From assembly GCA_951406725.2 (NCBI GenBank), contig OX597821.1:48112001-48176000 (forward strand): DNA of 64,000 nucleotides, given 5' to 3'. Under the pieces are notes generated by a model, which was given only the letters and a program-made list of their open reading frames with translations, was not told the DNA's origin and did not search any database. A program made the translations under genes and the position numbers. This document shows, piece by piece, positions 26,801-38,829 of the stretch. This DNA comes from Octopus vulgaris. Lineage: Eukaryota. Positions within the stretch are counted from its first letter, which is position 1. The number at the start of each line of letters is the position of its first letter.

Positions 26801-29202
26801 GTAACTGAAGGCCAAATATGGCAGCATCTGAACCTGTGTTTACATACTTTCATATCTATTTGATGGACTTCACAGAGTTGCAGAACTTAACATTGATATG
26901 GGTGTTGAATATCTTTAATAGTAGTGGACACTACGAGACTATCCATCTGTTGTCAACCTTGCATTGACCAATCTTTGCTGTAACTCCTCCATCTTCTGGT
27001 TTCCTTCGTCTGTATGATGGATACCTATCGTCACCAGTCTGGGTTTCATGAAGGAACTGCCAGGGAAACTTTTTGGTGCATACGTTGTGTTTCAAACATG
27101 GTAAGTTTAGGTTGAACCCATGTACCATGTTTGCCTTCACTATCACATACAGTTCCTTGTCAGTAGATGGATCTGGAAGCTCTGCAGAGATAATCTTGTC
27201 AATGTCATTGGAATTGATCTTTGTTGATAGCCAAATCAGAATGTGAGCATGTGGAAGGCCTCTTTTTTGCCATTCAATTGTGTACATGTCACATTTTACA
27301 GGTCCAAATATCTGTCCTGTCTTGATGAGGTTCATGAGTTTAAATAACTTCAGCCAAAAGACTCCGGCCAGGAGGTTATGTCTGTCTTTGGCCTTTTGAT
27401 CTGGGAAAGGTTCATTCTCGATCTCATTCCACTTTGGATTGCAAGTGAAAGTTATAAATAGGTCAAGCCTGCCATAATACCACACATGTGTCATAGCATC
27501 CTGGGTTCTTTCATGTATGTTCTTTCTTCCCGTTGTAGGGTGTTGTGACAATACTTGAGAGCAGTGTCTCTTTTCTTGTGCTGGTCACTATGGAAAACTA
27601 CAGGAATTTCATTGCATGTGGATGCATTATAGCAACCTGCATGTTCCCCAGATGACCTTTGGTCAAAATTAAGTATCACATTAAAATTTGCTGTTTTCAA
27701 GATGTATTTGAAGCTCTGAACATAGCTGTTTTTTGCATGTATCATTTCTTGAAGATTCAGCGTAAGCTCCAGGTTGTACCAGGTGAAATAAAGTTCCACC
27801 TGTCTGCCTGTTCTTGATAGTTGTCGACAAAGTACAGCTGAAGAAACTGAGGCTCTTCATTTGCCAGAGGCTAGAGTAATCCAATCCTGTGATACACCTG
27901 TCCCTGCACTTTGAAAGAGGTATAAATCCACCTTCCCTGGCAATGTTTGCCCCCAATAAGATATCATTTGGAAGGCACAATTATACTTTCGGATGTCACC
28001 CAGAAAATGTTTTGATTCTGGTGTTGTGTCTGTAAGTAGAAGCTTCAATGACTGTGGTGGATCTTCAAGGGGGTATAATTTAACCTTCCCATTGGAGCAA
28101 CACGTTCCAAAAGTTTCTCCTGACCCCTTTTTGGCAATGCAAAACTGGCAAGTGGTAGACATATTGCCAGTTTTAATATCAGGGTGGATAACATAATTAA
28201 GAATAGGATCATAGTGGAATGCTTTTAATGACCATGGCCTTAAAATGCATGGCCTTAAAATACCCTGTGCAGTAGGTATTCACTAAACATTATCTTCCAG
28301 CTGATTATGTTGATCTTCTGTGGTATCTGCATCTCTTGCAGGAGCTGTTGCTGCAGCATTGCTTGTATGGTGAATTGCACATTGCTCTTCAATCTCTGCA
28401 GCTCTTGCAGTAGCAGTTGCTGTAGCATACCTTGTATGGTAGATAAAACACTGTTCTTGACTCTGTTCAGAGCATGCTGAAACTGTTAATGCAGTATTCT
28501 TGGCTAGGCAAATACTACGCTGCTCATCACTTTCCATTGCTCTTGCAGTAGCTGTACATGCAGCATTTTGTGATTGTCTAATTGAAGTCTCCTGTGATAA
28601 TTCATTTGCTCTCCTTCTTTTCAATTTCTCTGCTACCGCTGTTTTTCGACCAGTGGGGGATCTCTTCTTTGGAGACATTATGACAAGAAATGTGATACAA
28701 TAAACTAAGATGACAATTGTATGTTAATAATGAAAAGTCAAAAAAAAAAAAGAGTAGACACTATCAATATCTTAGCTAATTTTAAGAAATACATACAATG
28801 AATGAAGATAATACTGCTATGTTAATAATTAAATGTCAATAAAAAACAAAAAGATGAAAAACATTCACAGGAAAAGTTCTACTTAGTAACGTGAAAAAGT
28901 GTTACCTAGTAACTCATCTAAGCAGATTAATCGTGCTGGATGTAAGGGACACAATCAATTTTTGAAAGTTACATCACAAAGACTTAACTCCCTTCTCCAC
29001 AGTAGTCATATGTACCACAGAAAAGAGGGTTTTACTGCCCCGAGAGGCCCCATTACTCATTATGTGAAAAGTTTTTAAAGTCTAAAACCATCTCTGGAAC
29101 AAAAGTAATGTATGTTCCCAGTTTGGACAAAACCAGTTGCAAACTTCAGAAGTTATGCAGGTTTACACACACACATACATACTGAGTTTTACAAATATAT
29201 GA
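23853..29202 (-). mobile_element. Helitron, formerly autonomous (Rep HUH endonuclease + Pif1-like helicase), near full length, pseudogenised
   Basis: CQFC..CC..GKV Zn motif, DLFITFTCNPKW, IEWQKRGLPHAHIL (HUH), DAPTGTGK (Walker A), LSGDF, QFPI..FAISINKSQ; 3' hairpin + CTAG at 23853-23880; tcatatatttgtaaaact-like 5' end near 29202. Confidence 0.93.
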
Positions 29203-29269
29203 AATGACTCAAGAATTTTTTTTAGTAATTCAGGTGATTCTTTCTTTTTTTAACCTCAGTGTCTGGAGG

Positions 29270-29610
29270 AAGAAGTAGAGCTCATGATCTTTGCAGACCC
29301 CTCCAAGACTAGTGAGACTGACATTTTTAATGTTCCATAGAAAGTGTTTTGAGTCAACACCTACATGTAAGGCACAAGTTTGGAGGTGATTCCAGAGGGA
29401 TGATGTTCTGGGGGATGACGGACGGATTGAACAGAGTGGTTAGTGTGGGGAAAGAAGTGGTTGGACTCACCAAGAGTGCTGAGCGGTGGAGAGATGGATG
29501 AGTCAGGATGTCTGAGTGGAAAAGGTACAAGACCCACCAGATTCAAGGAGGAGAGGCCATTATAGTAGAGATAGGAAAAGCAGAGAGAGAAGACAGTAAG
29601 CTTGTGGGTC
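29270..29610 (-). mobile_element. CR1/Jockey-group LINE 3' fragment
   Basis: FSLCFSYLYYNGLSSLNLVGLVP...HP resembles a LINE C-terminus. Confidence 0.5.
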
Positions 29611-29795
29611 TGAGAAGGCTGGAGTTTTGCTTTCAAATCATAAATTTCAGATGAGATGTTTACCTTGAGATATTATGTTGGAATTTCATAAAGTTTTGAG
29701 TGCAAAGAAGGAAACAAAGAAGAAAGGAATTGATGTCTTTTTTTATAGTATTTGCCTAATCTTATTATGTTCCAATTTCAAAAAGTTTCATTAGA

Positions 29796-29857
29796 GAAGA
29801 AGAAGAAGAAGAAGGAGAAGAAGAAGAAGAAGAAGAAGAAGAAGAAGAAGAAGAAGA
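29796..29857. repeat. (GAA)n microsatellite
   Basis: Direct reading. Confidence 0.95.
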
Positions 29858-31012
29858 GAAAAACTAAGGAATTGTTAGTAAATAAAGAGAAGAAGATAGT
29901 TTAGGTAGGAGAGAGAAAAAAAGATAGAGAGCCAGCATGTTAACCCAGCCATACATATAGAGATATAAGAAAAGTACATTGATTTAGTTATGTTCCAAGA
30001 AAAAGAGAGAGATGTGAAGATAGAAAGATAGACAGATGGTGAGACAGATAGATATGAAGTGAGTGCGTTGTTCCTGGCATATATCAAATGGCTAATTTAT
30101 CATGAAATGAGAGGAAAGCTAAGTCTGTATTTTTTAATACATGGCTTAGAGATTCCAATAAATGAAGTTATGATAAAGTTTATTAAGTTATTTATATGAG
30201 TTTTATGTATTTAAGGCGTTGGGATCAATAAAGTGACTAAGATAAAAAAAAAAAGGATTTTAGTTGAGAGGAAGGAGGAAACCTAATATCTGGCTTTGAA
30301 TGTAGAATAATCCAATTAATGAAATAGAGGAGAAGAGAAAAGCAGAAACCATCTTTAATAAGCTATAAGGTTTCTTATGGTCTGACCTATTTCATACTTA
30401 TTTAAACTAAATGCTACAGAGAGGTCAGGTAATAATACAGGACATTATTGGTGAGTTTGAATTGTGAATTTTAAAGAAACATTATTTGTTTACTAATTTT
30501 CATTTAACAATATAATGCAACACGCTCAGGCCTTTGTGTGTATGTGTGTGTGTGTGTGTGTGTAAATATACATATGTATGCATGTATTTATACTCACACA
30601 AACACACACACAGACATCTCAAAAGTAACTCGACACCTTTCGTTATAGAGTTTAATCTGTCTAGTATAGAAAGTCAGGGTAACACCTGCCCTTTAGTAGC
30701 AGAGGTTGAGAAGGTAATGTGGTGGGGGTGAATTATTGTATCTGAATAAATCAGAGGAAGTTAAGATGAGAGAAGTTAAAAGTATTTATGAACAAGACAA
30801 GAGAAAGTAAAAAATGAAAAAATGGTAAAAATTGAAAAAATGAATTAGTGTGAAAGGGTGAGATTTTAATAGACTTTAATAAACTTAAAAAAACCCTTGA
30901 AGAAAAAGTTTCTGGAACAATGCATAAAATATCAAAAACTCTCACAGAATTCTCAAAGAAACTCAAAAAGATTTGAAGATTTCAGAGTCATGAAGTTATA
31001 AAGTTTTAAAGT

Positions 31013-31087
<75 letters not shown>

Positions 31088-31200
31088 GTAGGTAGGTAGG
31101 TAGGTAATTAGGTAAGGTAGGTAGGTAGGTAGGTAGGTAGGTAGGTAGGTAAGTAGGTAGGTAGGTAGGTAGGTAGGTAGGTAGGCAGGTAGGTAGGTAA

Positions 31201-31271
<71 letters not shown>

Positions 31272-31383
31272 TGTGGGTAGGTAAGTAGGTAAGTAGGTAG
31301 GTAGGTAGGTAGGTAGGTAGGTAGGTAAGTAAGTAGGTAGGTAGGTAGGTAGGCAGGTAGGTAGGTAAATAGATAGATAGATA

Positions 31384-31451
<68 letters not shown>

Positions 31452-31468
31452 GTAGATAGACAGATAGG
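31013..31468. repeat. Compound (GATA)n/(GGTA)n satellite with a duplicated higher-order block
   Basis: Alternating GATA and GGTA blocks; ggcaggtaggtaggtaaatag occurs twice. Confidence 0.95.
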
Positions 31469-31977
31469 ACCTACAAGTGGCATGTGATCTGTGTATGGTC
31501 TTGCAACTAGTTGTTTGGTTAAGTTCACATTTGTTAGCACTTTCAGATCAAAGATCCTTCTTCATTTTGCTTTATGTGGTGGTTATTGCTGGCGTTGGTC
31601 ATAAGCTTCACTTTCTCTTGTCTTGTTTGTAAGTACTTTTAACTCATCCCAACCTAACTTCCCCTGACTTACTTAGATACAGTGTTTCACCCTCCTCTTT
31701 CACCTTTTCAACCTCTCCTGCTAACAGTGTAACTCTGTTGTCATTTGATACTTGACCATAACCATGTTGCTTGAAATACATCAACACATTAGTTTTATCT
31801 CTGTCGACACTAGCTCATACTTCAACATAATTAATGTATTGTGCATAAGGCATGTCTTCTAAATACTAGATTATGAATTTAAATGCATCAAATGACATTG
31901 TTTTGTTTCCAGAAATATAACTTTCAAAAACGATAGTATCTGTTTACCTTGAGCTGTCTGTGAGTATTATATGGACA

Positions 31978-32697
31978 TGTGTAGGCTTGAAAGAAATGAA
32001 GCTTGTATGCTTTACTGGATGTGCAAAGTCAGTGTGCATGTACAATAGAGTGTAAGCTGAACATAAGAGGCATCGAATGTGGTGTGCAAGAAAGATGACT
32101 GCACTGGTATGGTCACGTGATGCATATGGATGAGGACAGCTATGTGAAGAAGTGCTGATCTCTAGCTGTAGAGGGAACCTGTAGAAGAGGTAGGCCCAGG
32201 AAGATATGGGACGAAGTGATGATGCATGATCTTCATATAGTGGGTCTCACAGAGGTGATGACAAGTGACTTTTGGCAAAATGCCATGCTAGAGAAGACCC
32301 ATTAAGCCAAGTGAAATCAGTCATGGGTGATGCCGGTCTCATATAACAGGCACCCATGGAGGTGGCTCAAAAAAAGCACCCTTCAAACACTGGACCTCAC
32401 AGAGGTGATAAGCGACTGAGACTTTTGGAAATAGGCCATACTTGAGAAGACTTGTCAAGCCAAGTGAAATCGTAGTTGGGGCCGATGCCAGTGTCACGTA
32501 ACTGGCATCCATTCTGGTGGCACATAAAAGGCATTCATTACACTCTTAGAGTAGTTGGCACTAGCAAGGGCATCCAACCATAGAAACCATGCCAAATCAG
32601 ATCGGAACCTGGTGCAGCTCCCCTAGCTTACCATTTCCAGCCAAACCATCTAACCCATGCTAGCATCGAAAGCAGACACTAAAAGATGATGATGATA
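31978..32697 (+). mobile_element. RTE LINE 3' end, older copy
   Basis: Homologous to 20083-20904 (LHWYGHV, RGRPRKIW, GAT tail). Confidence 0.85.
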
Positions 32698-32755
32698 TAT
32701 GTGCGTGTGTATACACATACACACATAAATACATAAAAACGTGCACACACACACA

Positions 32756-32792
<37 letters not shown>

Positions 32793-32905
32793 GCACATGC
32801 ACTTATGCACTCATATAGCCATTCACCCATACACACACAGCTTTACACCTTTATGCAGGTTAATACACAAGCTTGTGTGAGTGTTTTTATATATAGAAAT
32901 ATATT

Positions 32906-32939
<34 letters not shown>

Positions 32940-32942
<3 letters not shown>

Positions 32943-33154
32943 GGGTTGGACAAAATAATGGAAAAACCTACAGGAACTGGAGACTGTTTTAGCTGAAGAA
33001 TGGACAAAAATTCCTTTGGAAACAGTTCAAACTTAGTATGCGTGCATACCTCATAGAATTCAAGCTGTAATTACTGCCAAAGGCGGTCCTACCCCATATT
33101 AAAATGAATTTGCTTGAAATTTTTAAGTGTTTCCATTATTTTGTCTAACCCCTG
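32940..33154 (+). mobile_element. Internally deleted Tc1 element (MITE-sized)
   Basis: TIRs caggggttggacaaaataatggaaa / tttccattattttgtctaacccctg with TA flanks; retains EEWTKIP..RIQAVITAKGGPTPY. Confidence 0.92.
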
Positions 33155-34184
33155 TATATATAGCTTTGTGTGTGTGTGTACATATATGTATATATATATG
33201 ATTAAGTGGATGTCTGTGTACATATATATATATATGTGATTAAGTGGATATATACAGGTTTGTATGTGTGTACACATGGGTATATATTCATATGTGCATG
33301 TAAACTCTCCCTATATATGTATATACATGTGTATGGGTGAATAAGTAAATGTTTATATATATGTATGGGCATATGTATGTATACCGTTAGATTGTGTGTG
33401 TATGTAAATATAGTAAATACTTTTGTATAATTGTAAATATATATGTCTATGCATATGTGGGTGTTCTAGCAGGCAATGGTGACAATACTTTTATGTGGTT
33501 CTATAACCTTCCACCCACTCCAGCTCTGACGTCTGGAGTTTTATCATACTGATCTTCCAAGATGTATTTTGGATGGCCTGGCTGCTTCATGCTCATCTTC
33601 ACAGCAGGTCATTACTGTAAATATCAGATAACAGCTTGAAAAATAGACTGTGTTAGCCTATTTGCTCCTAGAATGCCCATTTATTTCTCTATTTTCTCTA
33701 CAAATTTTATTGTTCTTTTTTAAAATATCACTTCTTCTTTATGTTACTTTTTGAATAGATCATCTTCTGGGTTTTAGCTTGCCTGCTTATACATGTTTAA
33801 AATTTGACCTGAACATAGTGGATTTATGCTGCAGGTTAATCTTCGAATGCATCAATAAAATGCTCCCGAAACAACTGTAGTAAATTTTAAACCACACTTG
33901 TATTCTTTTTTTTATACCTATGCCACACCTGGAACCAACCCTGAGCTGGATTTATGGCTTATATTGGATTTGGTATGTATGTATGTGTGTGTGTGTGTGT
34001 GTATGTATGAAGGAATTATACAAAATATTTACTTCGAAAAATAAGTTAGCTAACACTAGACAAGAAAGATGTTTTAATTGCTTACACAAATAATGTTTTC
34101 TTTTTAGAAAATTTAAATAACAGAATGCATTAATTTATATAATTTCAATAAATTTTTTCTCTAAACATAACAATGATAACCATA

Positions 34185-34393
34185 TGTTTGTGTGTCTGTG
34201 TTTGTCCCTCAAACATCCCTTGACAACATTTGCTGGTGTGTTTACACCCTCATAACTTAGCAGTTTAGCAAAAGAAACTGATAGACTAAGTACTAGGCTT
34301 ACAAAGAATAAGTCCTGGGGTCAATTTGCTCACCTAAAGGTGGTGCTCCAGCATGGCTACAGTCAAATGACTGAAATAAGTAAAAGAATAAAA
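34185..34393 (+). mobile_element. SINE body and 3' end (family also at 60565-60873 and ~45420-45490)
   Basis: taagtactaggcttacaaagaataa...ggtggtgctccagcatggctacagtca is shared with the minus-strand copy at 60565-60873. Confidence 0.75.
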
Positions 34394-35061
34394 TTTAATT
34401 CATAAGATTACATATAATATAACCTAGAAACACTTTAAAGCAATGATAATAATAAGTTAGAAGAATTTAAAATACAACTGGCTGCTTCCTTTTAATAACC
34501 ACATGGTTCTTACTGCTTAGTAATTATACATTAATAACCTTCACAATATTCAAATAATATAATCAACTCTGAAATCTATCAAAATGCCTTGTGACTATAA
34601 AGTATGTAGAATCAATCAAAAATAAATATTCTATAAATAACCACTCCCTGCCTAGCCATGAACTTTTGCTAACTTCAACAACCACTGTTGCTACGGTACT
34701 GGATTTCCTCAGACAAACAGTTGAGTAAAACATCTCATGGAAAAATGTCATGGTTTACTTCTTCTACCAAGCCTAATTCAGACTAATAACAGAGAAAAAT
34801 TCCTCTTAGAACAATGTCATACTTATATACTCTGAAGAGATCATACTAATTATGCACAAATTACTACATATGAACAAGAAGGAGTATGATTAGACAACTA
34901 GGATCTTTTCGGTTTGAACGGCAGGTTTTAACATAATTTCTAGGCAACTAAAAAATTTTAAACTTCGTATACTGGTAGAATGTGATGATGATGATGATGA
35001 TATATATAAATATAGTTTGTTGGATTCACAACCTCTAACTCACACTGAATTATATATATAA

Positions 35062-35395
35062 AGGGTAAAGACCCCCTTCGGTCATGAATGACCATGGGAT
35101 TGCACCTAGAAAGTTACCCTCCTAGACACAAGTCCGGGCAGGGTTGTTTATGGAAGACCAGCAGTCGCCCATGCATACCAGCCTCCCCTTTCCACGCCAC
35201 CAATGTTGTCCAAGGGAAAGACAAAGGCCGATACAGCTTGGCACCTGTGACGTCGCAACTCATTTCTACAGTTGAGTGAACTGGAGCAAAGTGAAATAAA
35301 GTGCCTTGCTCAAGAACACAACACGCAGCCCGGTCCGGGATTCGAGCTTACAACGTCACGATCGTAAGCTCGACGCTCTAACCACTGAGCCATGC
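35062..35395 (-). mobile_element. tRNA-derived CORE-like SINE, CpG-rich (young)
   Basis: Minus strand: tggctcagtgg A-box, gctcgaatcc B-box, tgtgttcttgagcaaggcacttt CORE-like segment. Confidence 0.85.
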
Positions 35396-35516
35396 ATGTA
35401 TATATATATAAACACACACATATATATATGTATACACACACATTATGATATATATATATATCAAGATAACAAAAACAACAGGTGCATTAGTTTAACGCTT
35501 GGGAAGGTATGAAAGT

Positions 35517-35552
35517 CTTTTACATTTCAAGCCTACGCTCTTCAACTGAAAG
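35517..35552 (-). ncRNA. Decayed minimal hammerhead-like motif
   Basis: Minus strand: cttt-CAGTTGA-a-gagc(gtag)gctt-GAAA-tg-TA-aaag. Confidence 0.45.
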
Positions 35553-35950
35553 GAACACAAGAAAATAAACAGAGAGAATAAAAAAGCTTTAGTGGCTAGT
35601 GGTCGATCATGACGGCTGGCTGGACGGAAGTGGTCAGACAGGAGATAATAAAGTAGTGATGATCCCCAGAACAAAGGTGCGTATGTATGAGAGTAAGTGT
35701 GTGCTTGTGGATTGGGGCTGATGACCTTGACGTGTGGATGTGTGCGTGTGTAGGTGTGTGGATGATGGTGTAAGTGCTGGGAAGTGGTCAATGATAGTGT
35801 GCACGTATGTGCAAGGCCAGTTCAAAATTGCCCGCCAAACACCTCATAAGCACGATATGGTCAAAATAAACATGTATGTATGGACGTTCGTATATGTAAG
35901 TATAATGTGTTCTGTATATATATATTTGTATTTATGTGCCTATCTGATAT

Positions 35951-36008
35951 ATTCAACTGATGAGGCAAAGCTTATTTGAAGCAAAGCTAGAAATCCAGGA
36001 TCTTGAAT
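35951..36008 (+). ncRNA. Type I hammerhead ribozyme candidate
   Basis: Stem I attcaa/ttgaat, core CTGATGA, stem II ggc..gctt/aagc..gct, GAAA, stem III atcc-a-ggat, AUC cleavage triplet at 36000-36002; one extra A before GAAA. Confidence 0.7.
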
Positions 36009-36254
36009 TATTCAGTAATATTTTTTACTAGTCTATTTTTGTCCCTCTGTCGTATCTCATGGTGCGATATGAACATTTAAGGTGGTTTTGGGAGTCAGGG
36101 ATTTGACTGCTATTTCAGCATGGTGGTGTCTCTCGGACACCCTTATTTATCGTTGTATAAAATATATTACCTTTGAATGGTATTTTCCCATGCTGGCCAC
36201 TTGATAATATCGATATTTAAACATCGATATTATCCTTATTTATAAATTTATATC

Positions 36255-36299
<45 letters not shown>

Positions 36300-36398
36300 T
36301 AAATTAAAGATAAAACCACTATTAGGCAACTCAAACAGTGATTTTTCCCTGTAAGTTTGGATATACTCCCTAATATTATTATTATTTATATCTATATA

Positions 36399-36432
<34 letters not shown>

Positions 36433-36719
36433 CATATATGTGTACGTGTATAACCGAAAGACTATATATATATATAACAATATATAACACAACAATAACA
36501 ATAATAACGACAACCAGTTACCTCCCTTTATTTATTTACTTGTGAAGTAATTCACACGTGAATTTCATTACACACAACATGGACCAAATTTCTTCTTAAG
36601 AAAAAGTATATATTCAAATAAGTAAAACATAATATCATGAATAGCGATAGCGAATCCGGTCGATATATTAAAAATTATATTAAACCTATCTAAGTGTGCG
36701 TATTTTACTTTTTTAATTT

Positions 36720-36752
<33 letters not shown>

Positions 36753-36759
<7 letters not shown>

Positions 36760-37100
36760 ATAAAAGATCGTGGGTAAGGCCAAAAGGCTGTGAAGTAAAT
36801 GAAAGGTAAATCACAAGAAAACAAATATGTAAATTAATGTAGACTTACCTTGTATTCAATATTTCGGGGTTATGACCCCATCCTCAAGAAATTGATGAAT
36901 GTTGCTGATGTGCATGTTTGAGCTCACACACTCACACACGCACATTGGCAACATTCGTCAATTTCTTGAGGATGGGGTCATAACCTCGAAATATTGAATA
37001 CAAGGTAAGTCTACATTAAATCGCATATTTGTTTTCTTGTGATTTACCTTGTATTTACTTCGCAGTGTTTTGGCCTTACCCACGATCTTTTATACAATAT
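36753..37100. repeat. Long inverted repeat (~160-bp arms) with hammerhead-like motifs at 36853-36894(-) and 36958-37000(+)
   Basis: Arms are near reverse complements; each reads ttc-TTGAGGA-t-ggggt(cata)accyc-GAAA-ta-TT-gaa. Confidence 0.92.
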
Positions 37101-37138
37101 ATTCTACACAATGCTTCACAGTAATTATTTCATTATAA

Positions 37139-37181
<43 letters not shown>

Positions 37182-38038
37182 GCGTGCGTATGTATATATC
37201 GTAGAAAAACAAAATTTCTCACTAAGAGAGACCATTGCTTGTTCAGAAAATCTATAATTCTGAACGTAATATATGACAGAAACTATTCAAACTCTCATTA
37301 TTTTCTTATTTATTTTCTCTTAAAATTCTGCTATAAACTTATGGCTCATCACAAAACCAATATTCTGTCTTTAATTAGTATTTCAGTGACTATCTTCCAA
37401 TGTTGATTTTTCTTCCAACTAATTGATACCTGTAAATGACCTTACCAATTATATGTCGCAACAAATAAACCATGTTGAAATTAGTTTACTCTAATTAAAG
37501 CTAATTGTGTTCTATTTGGCTGCTTTGTTTTTCTTTGATTGTTGGTAGTATAAAGCTTCTTCACCACTAATGACATAAGAATTATGTTCAGAATGCTTAC
37601 GCCTACTCTTTGGAATACTAGAAATACAACATATAACATACAAGAAATACTATTCCCAGTATATGGTTGAAAAAAAATTACTCAGATGCACCTCCTGTAC
37701 GAAATATAAGCAGTGAAGTGGTTGTTGATATATTTAATGTAGTGAACCAAGAAATATTAATAAACTAACATTATAAATTTGTTGAAAGGGTGATGATTAT
37801 TTCTGCTCAAGAAAATAAGGGAGACTAGTCCCTTATCTATCTTGAAGTTAAATTTCTCAGTTGTCTCCCTTACTTTTCTTTAGTACAATGCAGCTGTGTT
37901 TTAATTAATTAAACATTTCGTAGCACCAGCTTTGATATAAATACTAGAAGACCAGATGGTGAATGACTTCTTAAGGTAGCAGTTACGATGAGAGAATGAC
38001 AGTAATAAAGTAGCAGCCAGCAATAGATAGATACTTAC

Positions 38039-38092
38039 GAGGTGTCCTGCTGGTGGAGATGTTGCTGTCTTTACTGCCTCAGATAAAGGTTT
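38039..38092 (-). CDS. Candidate 54-nt internal exon (KPLSEAVKTATSPPAGHL) of an unidentified host gene
   Basis: Minus strand: ctaat branch-like site, acAG acceptor, open 18-codon frame, GTAAGT donor; polypyrimidine tract is weak. Confidence 0.3.
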
Positions 38093-38522
38093 CTGTCATT
38101 TTATATTAGTTGTTATAATTCATGTTTTGATATAACATATTATTCCTACACATGCAACTGTGGGTCACTCTTATGAGATTGTTCCCAGACTCACCTAAAG
38201 TCCTTGTCAATATGTAATTGTATAAACATACAAGAAAAATATAAGCATGATAAATATATATTTAAGTGCAATAGAAATACTTCTCCCACAGGATAGGAAG
38301 CTAGTGTAAGACTGGTAACTCACCAGCCCCAGAAAGCTTTGTTTCTCTTCTCAACTAGATTTCATTGTTGATTTTTCACCTTCACCAAGCATATCATCAA
38401 AGACACACAAAATGTGACCATTCAGTAAAGTATAAATATGACTACTTATCTAGAATGTCTTCCTTGTTTCAGGAGAGAGAATGAGTGTATGAGAGAAAGA
38501 GAGAGAGAGATCAGACGTAAAT

Positions 38523-38798
38523 TCTGCTGCCACAACTGGCTGATGTCATACCTGTTGCTGTTGTGTACAACTGATGTCTCTCAAGTGGCTTATGTATCAC
38601 ACTTGGCTCATATCTTACAGCTGTCAAATGCTACTTAATTTACTGATATCTTACATCTGGCTCATTTCACAACTAGCTACGTCATACTTGGTTGATGTTT
38701 TACATCTAGCTGCTGTCACACAAATGGCTGGTGTCTCATAACTAACTGTTGTTTCACAGCTAGCTGTTGTCTGACAACTGGTTCATATCTCACAACTC
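38523..38798. repeat. Degenerate 18-bp minisatellite
   Basis: Consensus ~acaactggctgatgtctc; clean 18-nt period at 38701-38798. Confidence 0.8.
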
Positions 38799-38829
38799 AT
38801 TTAAAGTTAGATAAAGTGGTTTTTCAACC

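Larger units (their letters stand above)
35460..36210. mobile_element. PLE-terminus-like non-coding sequence carrying two oppositely oriented hammerhead-like motifs
   Basis: Motifs at 35517-35552(-) and 35951-36008(+); flanked by (TA)n. Confidence 0.55.

Noticed and set aside
33500-33975. Exon-like unique sequence ending at gtatgt
   Set aside because: No convincing acceptor or open frame; the apparent donor is the start of a (TATG)n repeat
35330-35395. tRNA-like sequence
   Set aside because: It is the head of a SINE and continues into a CORE-like body
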